DNA of 64,000 nt, taken from sequence record SRR31156797_326. The stretch is one strand, 5' to 3'. The position numbers and the translations under genes are program-made. Below are positions 19,260 through 28,946 of the stretch, piece by piece (the first letter of the stretch is position 1; each line of letters begins with the position of its first letter). The notes below the pieces were generated by a model. That model saw only the letters and a program-made list of their open reading frames with translations, was not told the origin of the DNA and did no database searches.

Positions 19260-21440
19260 ATGCGAATTACTATTTTATCAATCCTGGTTATTATCACAGC
19301 AGGATTATTTGCACAGCCCACCGGATACTATAATGGCACCGAAGGCAAAACCGGCGATGAACTCAAAACTGCTTTGCACGAAATCATCAACGATCACACT
19401 GCCTATTCTTATTTTGCCTCCAAAACAATCATGAAGTTTTCTGATGCCGATCCCAACAATCCGGACAATGTGATTTTGGTTTACACCGGAAGGTCACAGG
19501 CAAACAACGACTACGGCACCGGTGGAAACCAGATCAACCGCGAACACGTTTGGGCCAAAAGCCACGGCAATTTCGAAGATTTGGCCCCAATGCATGGCGA
19601 TGTCCATAATCTGAAACCAGCTGATGCTTCTGTGAACCAGGACAAAAGCAACAAGGATTTCGATAATGGCGGAACCCAGCACCCCGAGGCCACCGGATGC
19701 TATTATACCGCGGACACCTGGGAGCCTCGTGATGAGGTGAAAGGTGATATTGCACGTATTATATTTTACATGGATGCCCGCTACGAAGGTACCAACGGCG
19801 AAATAGATTTGACTGTTGTTGACGAAATCAATACCTACCCGCTACCTGAACACGGAAAACTTTCAACACTCCTGCAGTGGAACCTGCAGGACCCACCGGA
19901 TGACTTTGAGCGTAATCGCAACAATGTGATCTTTTCATGGCAAAAAAACAGGAACCCATTCATCGATAACCCTGATTTTGCAAATCTGATATGGAACAAC
20001 CAGGCCCTTCCCACCATCAGCTTTGGTGATTTTAGCAATTCGCCGGCCTCACCCGTTGAAGGTGAAACAGTAACAGTTCAGGCAACCTTGGCTACAACCC
20101 AGGGAAGCCTCGGCAACGTTGTGCTGCACTGGGGTACCGGTATCGATAATCTGAACCATACCGTTGCAATGAACAATCAGGGTGGTGGCGTTTATTCCTG
20201 TGAGGTTGAGGGTCAAGGTGGAGCTACAACGATTTATTACCAGGTTGAGGCTACTGATGGCAGCGGAACAGATTATTCCATCATTTACAATTATTATGTT
20301 GCTCCGGTATTTAACGGAACGCTTACCAGCATTTATGATATCCAGGGTCAGACTGATGTTTCTCCTTACGAAGGCCAGGTGGTAAGCACAACTGGTATAG
20401 TAACAGCAAACTTTGGTGAGGAATATTTTATCCAGGATGGTAGTGGAGAATGGAATGGTCTTTTTATATACGATCCGGGCCGTAATCCTCAAATCGGGGA
20501 TGAAGTCATTGTTACAGGGCTCATTGAAGAATATTACGATAAAACGGAAATGAAGGAAATTGAAGGTTATTATCTGATTTCTGCCAATAACGAATTACCG
20601 GAACCTGTCCAGATCAGCACCGGCGATGGTGGCGAAGCATACGAATCAGTGCTTGTAAAAGTGCAAAATGCCATCTGCACCGATGACGAATACCAGGCCA
20701 ATTTCTACATGTGGAAGGTGAATGACGGTTCGGGAGACATGCTCGTACACAATACCTCAATTTATGAATTTGAGCCTGTGCTTGGCGAGACATACGATGT
20801 TACCGGGCCACTCAATTTTGATTTTGATGAGTGGAAAATTGAGATCAGGCTGGAAAGTGATGTAGCAGATGGAACTGATGTATTTCCTCCCGAAGTTGAC
20901 GAAGTTGTTTCAGTAAACGACAACCTGTTGAAAATTACCTATTCTGAAATTCTGGATGAATCCACAGCCGTAGATATCATGAATTATGAACTGGACAATG
21001 GCGTTACCGTAGAATCGGCTGAAATGCATGGTTTCCTGCAGAATGTTGTTTTCCTGAATGTTTCCACAATGGGTACGGCAAATTATGTACTCATCATCAA
21101 TGGTGTTAAAGATCCATCAGGCAATATGATGGAAAATGTGCAAGCTGCATTTTACCATGAGAGCACCGGCATCAAAGAACTGGAAGGCCTTACCATGTTA
21201 TCAGTTTATCCAAATCCGGCTACCGAACAATTTAATTTGTTCATCGAGGCCACTGAGAACAGTGTGATTGGTTTTGAACTAACCGATCTTACAGGAAAAT
21301 TGATCAGGAAGAGTGAATTGCAGGCTGTTGCAGGAAGTAATGAATTTTCATTTAAAAGACAGGGGCTTACTGGAGGTGTTTACCTTATTAAACTTACAAA
21401 GGGCACCGGTTCAACATTCAAAAAATTGATTTTGCAGTAG
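19260..21440 (+). CDS. Secreted endonuclease I/Bsn-family nuclease with OB-fold and Ig-like domains and T9SS CTD
   Basis: NREHVW..SHG, DVHNLKPA..VN, KGDIAR..FYM..RY, QKNRNPFID; YhcR/ExeM-like OB fold (IYDIQG..SPYEGQVV..TGIVTA); VYPNP CTD. Confidence 0.9.
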   Translation: MRITILSILVIITAGLFAQPTGYYNGTEGKTGDELKTALHEIINDHTAYSYFASKTIMKFSDADPNNPDNVILVYTGRSQANNDYGTGGNQINREHVWAKSHGNFEDLAPMHGDVHNLKPADASVNQDKSNKDFDNGGTQHPEATGCYYTADTWEPRDEVKGDIARIIFYMDARYEGTNGEIDLTVVDEINTYPLPEHGKLSTLLQWNLQDPPDDFERNRNNVIFSWQKNRNPFIDNPDFANLIWNNQALPTISFGDFSNSPASPVEGETVTVQATLATTQGSLGNVVLHWGTGIDNLNHTVAMNNQGGGVYSCEVEGQGGATTIYYQVEATDGSGTDYSIIYNYYVAPVFNGTLTSIYDIQGQTDVSPYEGQVVSTTGIVTANFGEEYFIQDGSGEWNGLFIYDPGRNPQIGDEVIVTGLIEEYYDKTEMKEIEGYYLISANNELPEPVQISTGDGGEAYESVLVKVQNAICTDDEYQANFYMWKVNDGSGDMLVHNTSIYEFEPVLGETYDVTGPLNFDFDEWKIEIRLESDVADGTDVFPPEVDEVVSVNDNLLKITYSEILDESTAVDIMNYELDNGVTVESAEMHGFLQNVVFLNVSTMGTANYVLIINGVKDPSGNMMENVQAAFYHESTGIKELEGLTMLSVYPNPATEQFNLFIEATENSVIGFELTDLTGKLIRKSELQAVAGSNEFSFKRQGLTGGVYLIKLTKGTGSTFKKLILQ

Positions 21441-21465
21441 ATCTCTTGAAAAACATATAATGCAG

Positions 21466-21499
21466 ATAGCTGTCCTCATACGCTGAGGACAGCTATTTT
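21466..21499 (+). terminator. Intrinsic terminator
   Basis: ATAGCTGTCCTCA-tacgc-TGAGGACAGCTAT then TTT. Confidence 0.75.
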
Positions 21500-21569
21500 C
21501 GTTAGGGTGTTTTTATATCTTTGCCAGCGCTAAGGTAAATGATGCGTTTTAAATTTTAAAGTCTCCAAA

Positions 21570-22304
21570 ATGCTTAGTAACCTCGTCATCATCCCCACAT
21601 ATAATGAAAAGGAAAACATTGAGCGGATCATCCGGTATGTTTTTCAACTTACTGGTGGGTTTCACATTTTAGTTATCGAGGATAACTCTCCCGACGGTAC
21701 AGCCGAAATTGTAAAAAAGCTGATCACGGAATTCCCGGAAAGGCTTTTTATTGAAGAGCGTAAGGGAAAGCTGGGGTTAGGTACGGCTTACATCCATGGC
21801 TTCAAATGGGCATTAAAACGTGATTATGATTATATCATCGAAATGGATGCTGACTTTTCGCATAATCCCGATGATTTATCTAGGCTGGTTGATGCCTGCG
21901 AAAATGGTGCTGATGTTGCCATTGGTTCGCGATATGTGGATAATGTTATCAGGGTGGTAAACTGGCCCATGGGAAGGGTGATGATGTCATATTTTGCGTC
22001 AAAATACGTAAAGGTCATTACCGGGCTTAAAATCGCTGACTCAACTGCAGGATTTGTTTGTTACAAGCGCAAAGTTTTGGATACGATCTGGTTTGATAAA
22101 ATTGGATTCATTGGTTATGCTTTCCAGATAGAAATGAAACTAACAGCCAGCAAACTAGGCTTTAAATTGGTGGAAGTGCCCATCATTTTCACCGACCGCA
22201 AGGAAGGCACATCAAAAATGAGCAGTGGTATTTTTAAGGAAGCCGTCCTGGGTGTAATCAAATTATCCTATAAAAAGATCAGGCCCAGGCCAACAAAAAG
22301 TTAA
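21570..22304 (+). CDS. Polyprenol monophosphomannose synthase (DPM1-like GT2)
   Basis: IIPTYNE, DNSPDGT, KLGLGTAY, MDADFSH, GYAFQIE. Confidence 0.9.
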   Translation: MLSNLVIIPTYNEKENIERIIRYVFQLTGGFHILVIEDNSPDGTAEIVKKLITEFPERLFIEERKGKLGLGTAYIHGFKWALKRDYDYIIEMDADFSHNPDDLSRLVDACENGADVAIGSRYVDNVIRVVNWPMGRVMMSYFASKYVKVITGLKIADSTAGFVCYKRKVLDTIWFDKIGFIGYAFQIEMKLTASKLGFKLVEVPIIFTDRKEGTSKMSSGIFKEAVLGVIKLSYKKIRPRPTKS

Positions 22305-22368
22305 ACCAACTTACCTTTGGTGTTGTTAAATAGATACTATACAGGGATCTGATTTACATACACAAACC

Positions 22369-23718
22369 ATGAAGAAAAATAGCTACCTGATTATTAATGC
22401 CCTAATCGTTAACGAAGGCAAAACTTTCCAGGGATCGGTTCGGGTTAAAGACGGTTTAATCGATCAGATTTCTGAAGGGGCAAACCTTTCGGAGGATGGG
22501 CTGGAGGTAATCGATGCCAGGGGCAGGTTCCTTATTCCGGGCGTAATAGATGATCAGGTTCATTTCCGCGATCCCGGGCTAACTCACAAGGCCGATCTTT
22601 ACACCGAAAGTAAAGCTGCTGTAGCCGGTGGCGTAACTTCTTTCATGGAAATGCCCAATACCATCCCCAATACGCTGACGCAGGAATTGCTCGAAGAAAA
22701 ATATAAAATGGCAGCCGAAAAATCGCTGGCCAATTACTCTTTTTATATGGGGGCATCCAATGATAACCTGGATGAAGTTGTAAAAACCAATCCCCAAAAT
22801 GTTTGCGGCATTAAAGTTTTTATGGGTGCATCAACCGGGAATATGCTGGTGGATGATGCAGAAACGCTGGATGGCATCTTTAAGCATGCTCCCTGCCTTG
22901 TGGCTGTGCATTGTGAAGATGAGCCAACAATCCGTGAAAATCTGGCTATGGCCAGGGAAAAGTATGGTGAGGACGTTCCTGTTCATCTCCACCCAATGAT
23001 AAGAAGTGAGGAGGCTTGTTACAAATCTTCATCCTTTGCGGTAGATCTGGCAAAAAAACACAACACCCGGTTGCACGTACTACATTTGTCAACCGGCAAG
23101 GAAACGGAGCTTTTTACCAACGATGTTCCATTGCGGGAAAAGCGAATAACCGCGGAGGTTTGCGTTCATCATTTGTGGTTCTCTGCCGAGGATTATGCCA
23201 AAAAGGGAACCTTCATCAAGTGGAATCCCGCCATCAAAACCATTGGCGATAAAAAGGAATTATTTAAGGCACTTACCGAAGATAAACTTGATGTGATTGC
23301 CACTGACCATGCCCCGCATACCATTACCGAAAAAATCAATAATTATTTTAAGACACCATCAGGAGGCCCTATGGTTCAACATTCGTTGGTGGCGATGATG
23401 GAATTTTACCATCGCGGAAAAATTTCAATGGAGCGCATCGTGGAAAAAATGTGTCATGCCCCTGCCGTATGTTTCCGGGTAGAAAAAAGAGGGTTTATCA
23501 GGGAAGGATATCACGCTGACCTCGTTGTTGTGGATTCCAATAAGCCGTGGAAGGTTTTAAAATCGAATGTGTTATATAAATGTGGGTGGTCGCCGTTGGA
23601 AGGTTTTCATCTCAATTCAGCAGTTACGCATACATTTGTAAATGGCAACCTGGTTTATGCCGGTAAGAAATTTGATGAATCTGTGAAAGGTCATCGCTTG
23701 CTTTTTGAAAGAAACTAG
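22369..23718 (+). CDS. pyrC: Dihydroorotase
   Basis: DDQVHFRDPG, EMPNT, HCED, KWNPAIK, IATDHAPH. Confidence 0.88.
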   Translation: MKKNSYLIINALIVNEGKTFQGSVRVKDGLIDQISEGANLSEDGLEVIDARGRFLIPGVIDDQVHFRDPGLTHKADLYTESKAAVAGGVTSFMEMPNTIPNTLTQELLEEKYKMAAEKSLANYSFYMGASNDNLDEVVKTNPQNVCGIKVFMGASTGNMLVDDAETLDGIFKHAPCLVAVHCEDEPTIRENLAMAREKYGEDVPVHLHPMIRSEEACYKSSSFAVDLAKKHNTRLHVLHLSTGKETELFTNDVPLREKRITAEVCVHHLWFSAEDYAKKGTFIKWNPAIKTIGDKKELFKALTEDKLDVIATDHAPHTITEKINNYFKTPSGGPMVQHSLVAMMEFYHRGKISMERIVEKMCHAPAVCFRVEKRGFIREGYHADLVVVDSNKPWKVLKSNVLYKCGWSPLEGFHLNSAVTHTFVNGNLVYAGKKFDESVKGHRLLFERN

Positions 23719-23736
23719 AAAGTTAATATTTTTAAA

Positions 23737-24183
23737 ATGAAAAAATTTATGTTCGTCTTCATTACCCTGATCATCGTTAATTTTTTTGGATGTGCTCCCG
23801 GACTGGAGGAAGTAATTACCGAAACCTATACCGATGGAACACCAAAGACTGTGAAATATTTTGCCGGTGAGGGCAAAGCAAAGACCATGGTGAAGGAGGC
23901 CTATTTCTATCCGGACGGTCAATTGAGAATGGCAGGTGAATACAAGGAAGGAGCCAAACATGGCCATTGGATTTCGTATTATAACAACGGAAACAAATGG
24001 AGTGAAGGCTACTACAACGAAGGAATCAACGACGGTAAAACCACTACCTGGCACGAAAACGGGCAAAAATATTATGAAGGTGCCTACAAAGATGGTGAGC
24101 GCTCAGGAACCTGGAAATTCTGGGACGAAAACGGTGAATTCCTGAAAGAGATAAACTACGATCGATTTAATGAGGAGGAGTAG
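23737..24183 (+). CDS. MORN-variant repeat (YwqK-like) lipoprotein
   Basis: Repeats of YxNG..EG.YK.G...G.W; FFGC lipobox. Confidence 0.8.
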   Translation: MKKFMFVFITLIIVNFFGCAPGLEEVITETYTDGTPKTVKYFAGEGKAKTMVKEAYFYPDGQLRMAGEYKEGAKHGHWISYYNNGNKWSEGYYNEGINDGKTTTWHENGQKYYEGAYKDGERSGTWKFWDENGEFLKEINYDRFNEEE

Positions 24184-24307
24184 CCTCAACTATTTAAGAG
24201 TACAACTTTCCAAAATTCCAGGGAAAGCATCCAACAAACTTCCTGATCCAAAATTTCTGAATTAGTTTTGGGTAATTGATTATGAAAGCTTCATTACAGA
24301 ATTACGA

Positions 24308-25348
24308 TTAGTTTTCTTTTAACGAAAACCCGATGTAAACAGGAAGGTGGTCGCTGAAGCCCCCATAATAGTCGTTTCGTCCTGCGGTCCGGTTGGGAAC
24401 TTTGGTTCCGTCGCGGCGTTCATAAAGCATCCAATCCTTTTTCAAAATCCCGATATCTTTTGATTGGAGTTCGTAATTGCCATCGCCGGCAAGTATGTTG
24501 CCTGAAACAATGATCTGATCAAACAAATCCCAGCTGCGCCAGTAAAGGGTTCCCTCTCCATTTTCAAATTTCCGGATAGCCAGGTTATACAGCGACTGGT
24601 CCTGTATTGATCCGTTCAGGCGTTTAGCGTTTAGCGTTTTGTAAACGTTATCATCTGTCGGATTATCATTGAGGTCGCCCATAATGATGATGTTTGCACC
24701 CGGATTGAACCTGAATATTGAATCAACAACACTTCGCGTTGATTCTGCAGCAGCCCTTCTTTTGGGGTCACTTTTTTCTTTCCCACCAGATCTTGACGGC
24801 CAGTGATTAACCATGAAATGTAGGGTGTCGTCCTTTCCCGCAACGCCTTTCACGTAAAGCATATCCCGTGTTTTGTCATCCTTATCAAAATCAAATGTAA
24901 GGGGGTAAGGGCGGGCATGGAGGGGCGTAAATAATCCGCGGCGATAGAGCAAGGCTACATCAATGCCCCGTTCGTCAGGACTTTCGAAATGTATGATGTC
25001 ATAGTCGCCATTGCTCAGCCTGGTTTTGGTGGTCAGATCTTTGAGTACGCCCAGGTTTTCTACTTCGGCCAATCCAATGATGGCTGGTAAGTTCGTGCTG
25101 TCGATGGTGGAAATAACCCGGGCAATATCATTCAGTTTTTTGTTGTATTTCTCCTGATCCCAAACGATGTTTCCTTCAGGTGTGAAATCACCGTCACGGA
25201 CCCCTTCATCATTCTTTGTGTCAAAAAGATTTTCAACATTGTAAAAAACAACCTTAAAATGCTCAGGGCCTTTTTGCTGGCAGCCAACCAACAGGAGGCC
25301 AGAAACAAACATTGTGAGAATTAGCGAACGATATCCATTTGTTTTCAT
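24308..25348 (-). CDS. Endonuclease/exonuclease/phosphatase family lipoprotein
   Basis: FYNVENLFD, GLAEVEN, NHWPSR, MGDLND, FDQI, SDHLPV; LVGC lipobox. Confidence 0.9.
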   Translation of the reverse strand: MKTNGYRSLILTMFVSGLLLVGCQQKGPEHFKVVFYNVENLFDTKNDEGVRDGDFTPEGNIVWDQEKYNKKLNDIARVISTIDSTNLPAIIGLAEVENLGVLKDLTTKTRLSNGDYDIIHFESPDERGIDVALLYRRGLFTPLHARPYPLTFDFDKDDKTRDMLYVKGVAGKDDTLHFMVNHWPSRSGGKEKSDPKRRAAAESTRSVVDSIFRFNPGANIIIMGDLNDNPTDDNVYKTLNAKRLNGSIQDQSLYNLAIRKFENGEGTLYWRSWDLFDQIIVSGNILAGDGNYELQSKDIGILKKDWMLYERRDGTKVPNRTAGRNDYYGGFSDHLPVYIGFSLKEN

Positions 25349-25374
25349 CGTGTATCGGGTTTTCGTGTACTATG

Positions 25375-26322
25375 TTACTTTTTGGGTTTTTTATCCTGGA
25401 GCCAAAGCATTTGTCCGGTGCGTGGTTTTGAGCCTCTTTCCATCCTGTTGAGTTTATATAGTTTCTTGAGCCTGATCCCGTAAAGCTGTGAGATAGCGTG
25501 CATGGTTTCGCCCGGCTTCACATAGTGGTAGGCCTCGGTTTTCGACTTATTTTTCTTCTTTTGAATGTATACCATGTCACCTTCCTTAAGCTTGTCTTTT
25601 TTAGTCAGGTCGTTGTATTTCCATATCTGGAAATTATACACATTCAGGTCATCGGCAATTTTATAGAAATCGTCACCCTTCCGGGCAAAGATGAATTTAC
25701 GGCCATTGTTGGTAAAAACTTTCCGGTTGTTACCGGCAACATTCAGGGGTTCATATTTCCTGTTTTGATCTTTCGGAATTTCGTTGGGGTATTCATTCAC
25801 AGCCACATAGTCGTCATCCAGGAGGTCATATTTATAAAGCTGGTTTTCTTCGATGATCTTAATAAGCAATGGGGCATAGTTTGGGTTGGTGGCGTACCCG
25901 GCTTTTTTCAATCCTCGTGCCCACCCTTTGTAATCGGTAATTTTCAGGTCGAATAAAAAGGAATACCTGCCCCGCTGACTCAGGAAAAACGAATGGTCTT
26001 TGTACGAATCATAAGGATCATCATATTTCCTGAAACATTCGTCTGGTGCATCATCATCCATTTTAATGGATTCTCCATCCCAGCCTTTGTGGCACTTAAT
26101 GCCAAAATGATTGTTGGCTTCACGGGCCAGCCGGCTGTTTCCATTACCTGATTCTAAAATGCCCTGCGCCAGTGTGATACTTGCCGGGATGTTGAACTCA
26201 ACCATTTCCTGGATGGCGATGTCTTTGTATTTATTGATGTATTGTTGCCTGGTAAGTTTTTGCTGTGCATGCAATGAGGTAGTAATAGAAATTGTCAAAA
26301 ATAAAATCAGGGTATTGAACAT
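25375..26322 (-). CDS. GH73 glucosaminidase with LysM domains
   Basis: PASITLAQGILESG, NNHFGIKC, GYAT.PNY, two C-terminal LysM-like repeats; start uncertain (26322 or 26349). Confidence 0.88.
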   Translation of the reverse strand: MFNTLILFLTISITTSLHAQQKLTRQQYINKYKDIAIQEMVEFNIPASITLAQGILESGNGNSRLAREANNHFGIKCHKGWDGESIKMDDDAPDECFRKYDDPYDSYKDHSFFLSQRGRYSFLFDLKITDYKGWARGLKKAGYATNPNYAPLLIKIIEENQLYKYDLLDDDYVAVNEYPNEIPKDQNRKYEPLNVAGNNRKVFTNNGRKFIFARKGDDFYKIADDLNVYNFQIWKYNDLTKKDKLKEGDMVYIQKKKNKSKTEAYHYVKPGETMHAISQLYGIRLKKLYKLNRMERGSKPRTGQMLWLQDKKPKK

Positions 26323-26457
26323 CAGTCTTGAATTAATTTGGATGGGCATTTTGTGAAGTAGCGTGCTTAAATCTGCATTCATTAAAAGTTTTACAAATAA
26401 AGGCGTATTTGGTTGATTATTGTTGTATGAGCTAAAATTTGTCACCTCAGCCCACGG

Positions 26458-27186
26458 CTAATTCTCAAAACTCCTGATTTGTCGTTCTGCTTTTTCCAGG
26501 TTTTCGGGTTTGCCAATATCAATAAAGGACGCATTATCATCTTTGTATCCAATGATTGGATGTTCCTTTGCCAGGTTCAGGTACACCGGAATAATTGAAA
26601 ATTTCCCGGTTTGGTCGATGAGCCCAAAAATTTTTGGATCAATAATATGAATACCGTTAAAAGCAAAATCGGTTATTTCAGGACAGTCTCTCACAGTTAT
26701 TTGTTCTCCGGTTTTTTTGTTTATCCATCCACAGAGTTGCATAAACGGGTCAAATTCAAGGTATCGGGAGGTTATGCGTTTTTGTACAAAAAGTGTTGCC
26801 AGTGGGTTTTTGTACCCATGAAATTTGAGCATTTCACGAAGGTTGAGATTGGTGAGGACATCGGTATTATGGACAATAAAGGGCTTTCCGTCATCAAAAA
26901 ATCCGGCAGCTTTCTTCAGCCCACCACCAGTTTCAAGCAGTTCGTTACTTTCGTCAGAATAGTGAATGTTTATCCCGAAGTTGTTTTTCTGCCTAATAAA
27001 ATCAACAATCATTTCCGGGTAATGGTGCAGATTGATGATGATATCAGTAATTCCGGCTTTGATCAGCTTTTTGATCACCCGTTCAATCATCGGCACTCCG
27101 CCAACGTCAACCAGTGCCTTGGGTGTTTTTTTAGTTACAGGCTTTAATCTGGTGCCCAGTCCGGCTGCAAATATCATTGCTTTCAT
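26458..27186 (-). CDS. MurU-like nucleotidyltransferase
   Basis: MKAMIFAAGLGTRLKP, PKALV, LETGGGL, DIGKPE; downstream of an AmgK-like kinase. Confidence 0.8.
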   Translation of the reverse strand: MKAMIFAAGLGTRLKPVTKKTPKALVDVGGVPMIERVIKKLIKAGITDIIINLHHYPEMIVDFIRQKNNFGINIHYSDESNELLETGGGLKKAAGFFDDGKPFIVHNTDVLTNLNLREMLKFHGYKNPLATLFVQKRITSRYLEFDPFMQLCGWINKKTGEQITVRDCPEITDFAFNGIHIIDPKIFGLIDQTGKFSIIPVYLNLAKEHPIIGYKDDNASFIDIGKPENLEKAERQIRSFEN

Positions 27187-27283
27187 GTACTAGAATTTTT
27201 GCGGCTTGTGGTGGATTGAAATGTGCTGTTGATCGTGTACGAAATCACCCTTGGGTAATCCGGCTTATGGTTGAGACGATTGT

Positions 27284-27406
27284 CTAGATTTTTTCTGCTT
27301 TACAAAGCTTATCCTTCGAGTTGGCTGTGCGGCTACATTTGCGGCAGGTAAATTTATCTTTGGCCGATCGATGAAATTTTTCTTTTTTACAAAGTTTCTT
27401 TGGCAT
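27284..27406 (-). CDS. Small basic 40-aa protein with four Cys (putative metal-binding)
   Basis: Manual translation MPKKLCKKEKFHRSAKDKFTCRKCSRTANSKDKLCKAEKI*; co-oriented inside the operon; below the ORF-track cutoff. Confidence 0.7.
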   Translation of the reverse strand: MPKKLCKKEKFHRSAKDKFTCRKCSRTANSKDKLCKAEKI

Positions 27407-27438
27407 CCTGTAAAATTTTCAAGCTAAACGATAATACG

Positions 27439-28857
27439 CTATTCTTGTTCACGGTGACGAACTTCTATTTTCACATTATCGTAAAGGTATAGTCTTTCGG
27501 CCAGCTTTTCGGCACAATATACCGAACGATGCTGTCCGCCGGTACAACCAAAATTTACCTGTAAACTGGTAAAGTGCCGATTTGAATAAACCTCAACCGA
27601 GTGCTCTACCATGCTGGCCGCATGATCTATAAAATCTGCCACCTCATCATATTGTTTCAGGTAATCAATCACTTCCCTGTCCTGCCCAGTCAGGTCGCTA
27701 TAGGCATCAAGCCGGCCCGGGTTTGGTAGCCCGCGACAATCAAACACAAACCCACCACCATTTCCGGAAGTATCCGGGGGTATTCCCCGTTTGTACGAAA
27801 AGCTGTTTATCGAAATCATTAGTGGTGGCTCAATGGTATTTTTGAGGTCTTCACTTGCAATGATGGCTTTCAGGCACTTCTCCAGTTCGCCCAGATTCTG
27901 GGGTATTTTATCATTGTCCATCAGCCATTTAATATTCATTATGGCCATCGGTATGCTGCGCAAAAAATGTGATTTTTTCTCGTGTATGCCTCTGAATCCG
28001 TATGCTCCAAGGGTTTGTAAAATCCTGATCAGTACAAACTTATAAAAATGATGCCTGAAATTTCTTACACTTCTTGGGTCTATTTTTTCGGCTTTCGAAA
28101 TATAGTAATCGATCAACGATTCTCTTATGTTTGCAGGCATGGCTACCCTGGCCTGGAAAAGGAGCGAAACCAGATCGTAGTGAACAGGACCACGGCGACC
28201 ACCCTGGTAATCGATAAAATACAGTTTGTTTTTGTGCACCATAATGTTTCGCGTTTGAAAATCGCGATACACAAAATAGGAACTTTCCACCGACATCAGA
28301 AGTTGAACAAGTTTTCTAAAATCTTCTTCCAGGTAATATTCGTTATAAGGTATTTGAGCAAGTTTAAGGAAGTTGTATTTAAAATAGTTGAGATCCCACA
28401 TGTAAGCCTGGGTGTCGAAATCCCCTGACGGGTAACAAACAGAATAGTCCACATTATTCCCGGCAACCATCTGAAATTTGATCAGCTCATCAATTACCTC
28501 TTTGTAAATGTTGATCAGCTTCTCATCAAACCCGGTTTTCTTTTTCATGGAGTTGATGGTGTTAAAAAGTACCTCATCACCAAGATCTTCAATCAGGTAA
28601 GCTCTAAAATCATCGTCAACCATAAGGATTTCAGGAACATGCATTCCGTTTTTTCTGAAATGCCGCGTTAGCTCAATAAAAGCTTTATTTTCCGGTGGGC
28701 TGTCAAAGTATGCGCCCATTGCATTTTTGTGTTTGCTAACAATGCGATAATATCTCCGATAGGAACCGGATTCGGGAAGAAGGTTTATGTCTGTGGAATC
28801 TTCACCTGCCCATTTCTGATAGAGCGTTAAAATTTTTTTCTTTTCTTCTTTATTCAA
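27439..28857 (-). CDS. AmgK-like phosphotransferase fused to a RapZ C-terminal domain
   Basis: GSYRRYYRI, RDFQTRNIM, IDYQG..GPVHYDLVSLL; C-terminal SFSYKRGIP, FDCRGLPNP, GCTGGQHRSV; TTG start. Confidence 0.88.
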   Translation of the reverse strand: MNKEEKKKILTLYQKWAGEDSTDINLLPESGSYRRYYRIVSKHKNAMGAYFDSPPENKAFIELTRHFRKNGMHVPEILMVDDDFRAYLIEDLGDEVLFNTINSMKKKTGFDEKLINIYKEVIDELIKFQMVAGNNVDYSVCYPSGDFDTQAYMWDLNYFKYNFLKLAQIPYNEYYLEEDFRKLVQLLMSVESSYFVYRDFQTRNIMVHKNKLYFIDYQGGRRGPVHYDLVSLLFQARVAMPANIRESLIDYYISKAEKIDPRSVRNFRHHFYKFVLIRILQTLGAYGFRGIHEKKSHFLRSIPMAIMNIKWLMDNDKIPQNLGELEKCLKAIIASEDLKNTIEPPLMISINSFSYKRGIPPDTSGNGGGFVFDCRGLPNPGRLDAYSDLTGQDREVIDYLKQYDEVADFIDHAASMVEHSVEVYSNRHFTSLQVNFGCTGGQHRSVYCAEKLAERLYLYDNVKIEVRHREQE

Positions 28858-28946
28858 AGTCTGTTATTTTTACTGCAAATATAATCAGACTATCCGGTTA
28901 ATTTGCATTATCGTTGCAAGCTGCATCAATTCGGGATTTACATCTG

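Noticed and set aside
23737-24183. YwqK-like protein as a third toxin-antitoxin module
   Set aside because: MORN-variant repeat lipoprotein with no adjacent toxin
27334-27362. Two plus-strand TAnnTTTG motifs suggesting an antisense RNA to amgK
   Set aside because: Both lie inside the 40-aa smORF and are explained by its codons
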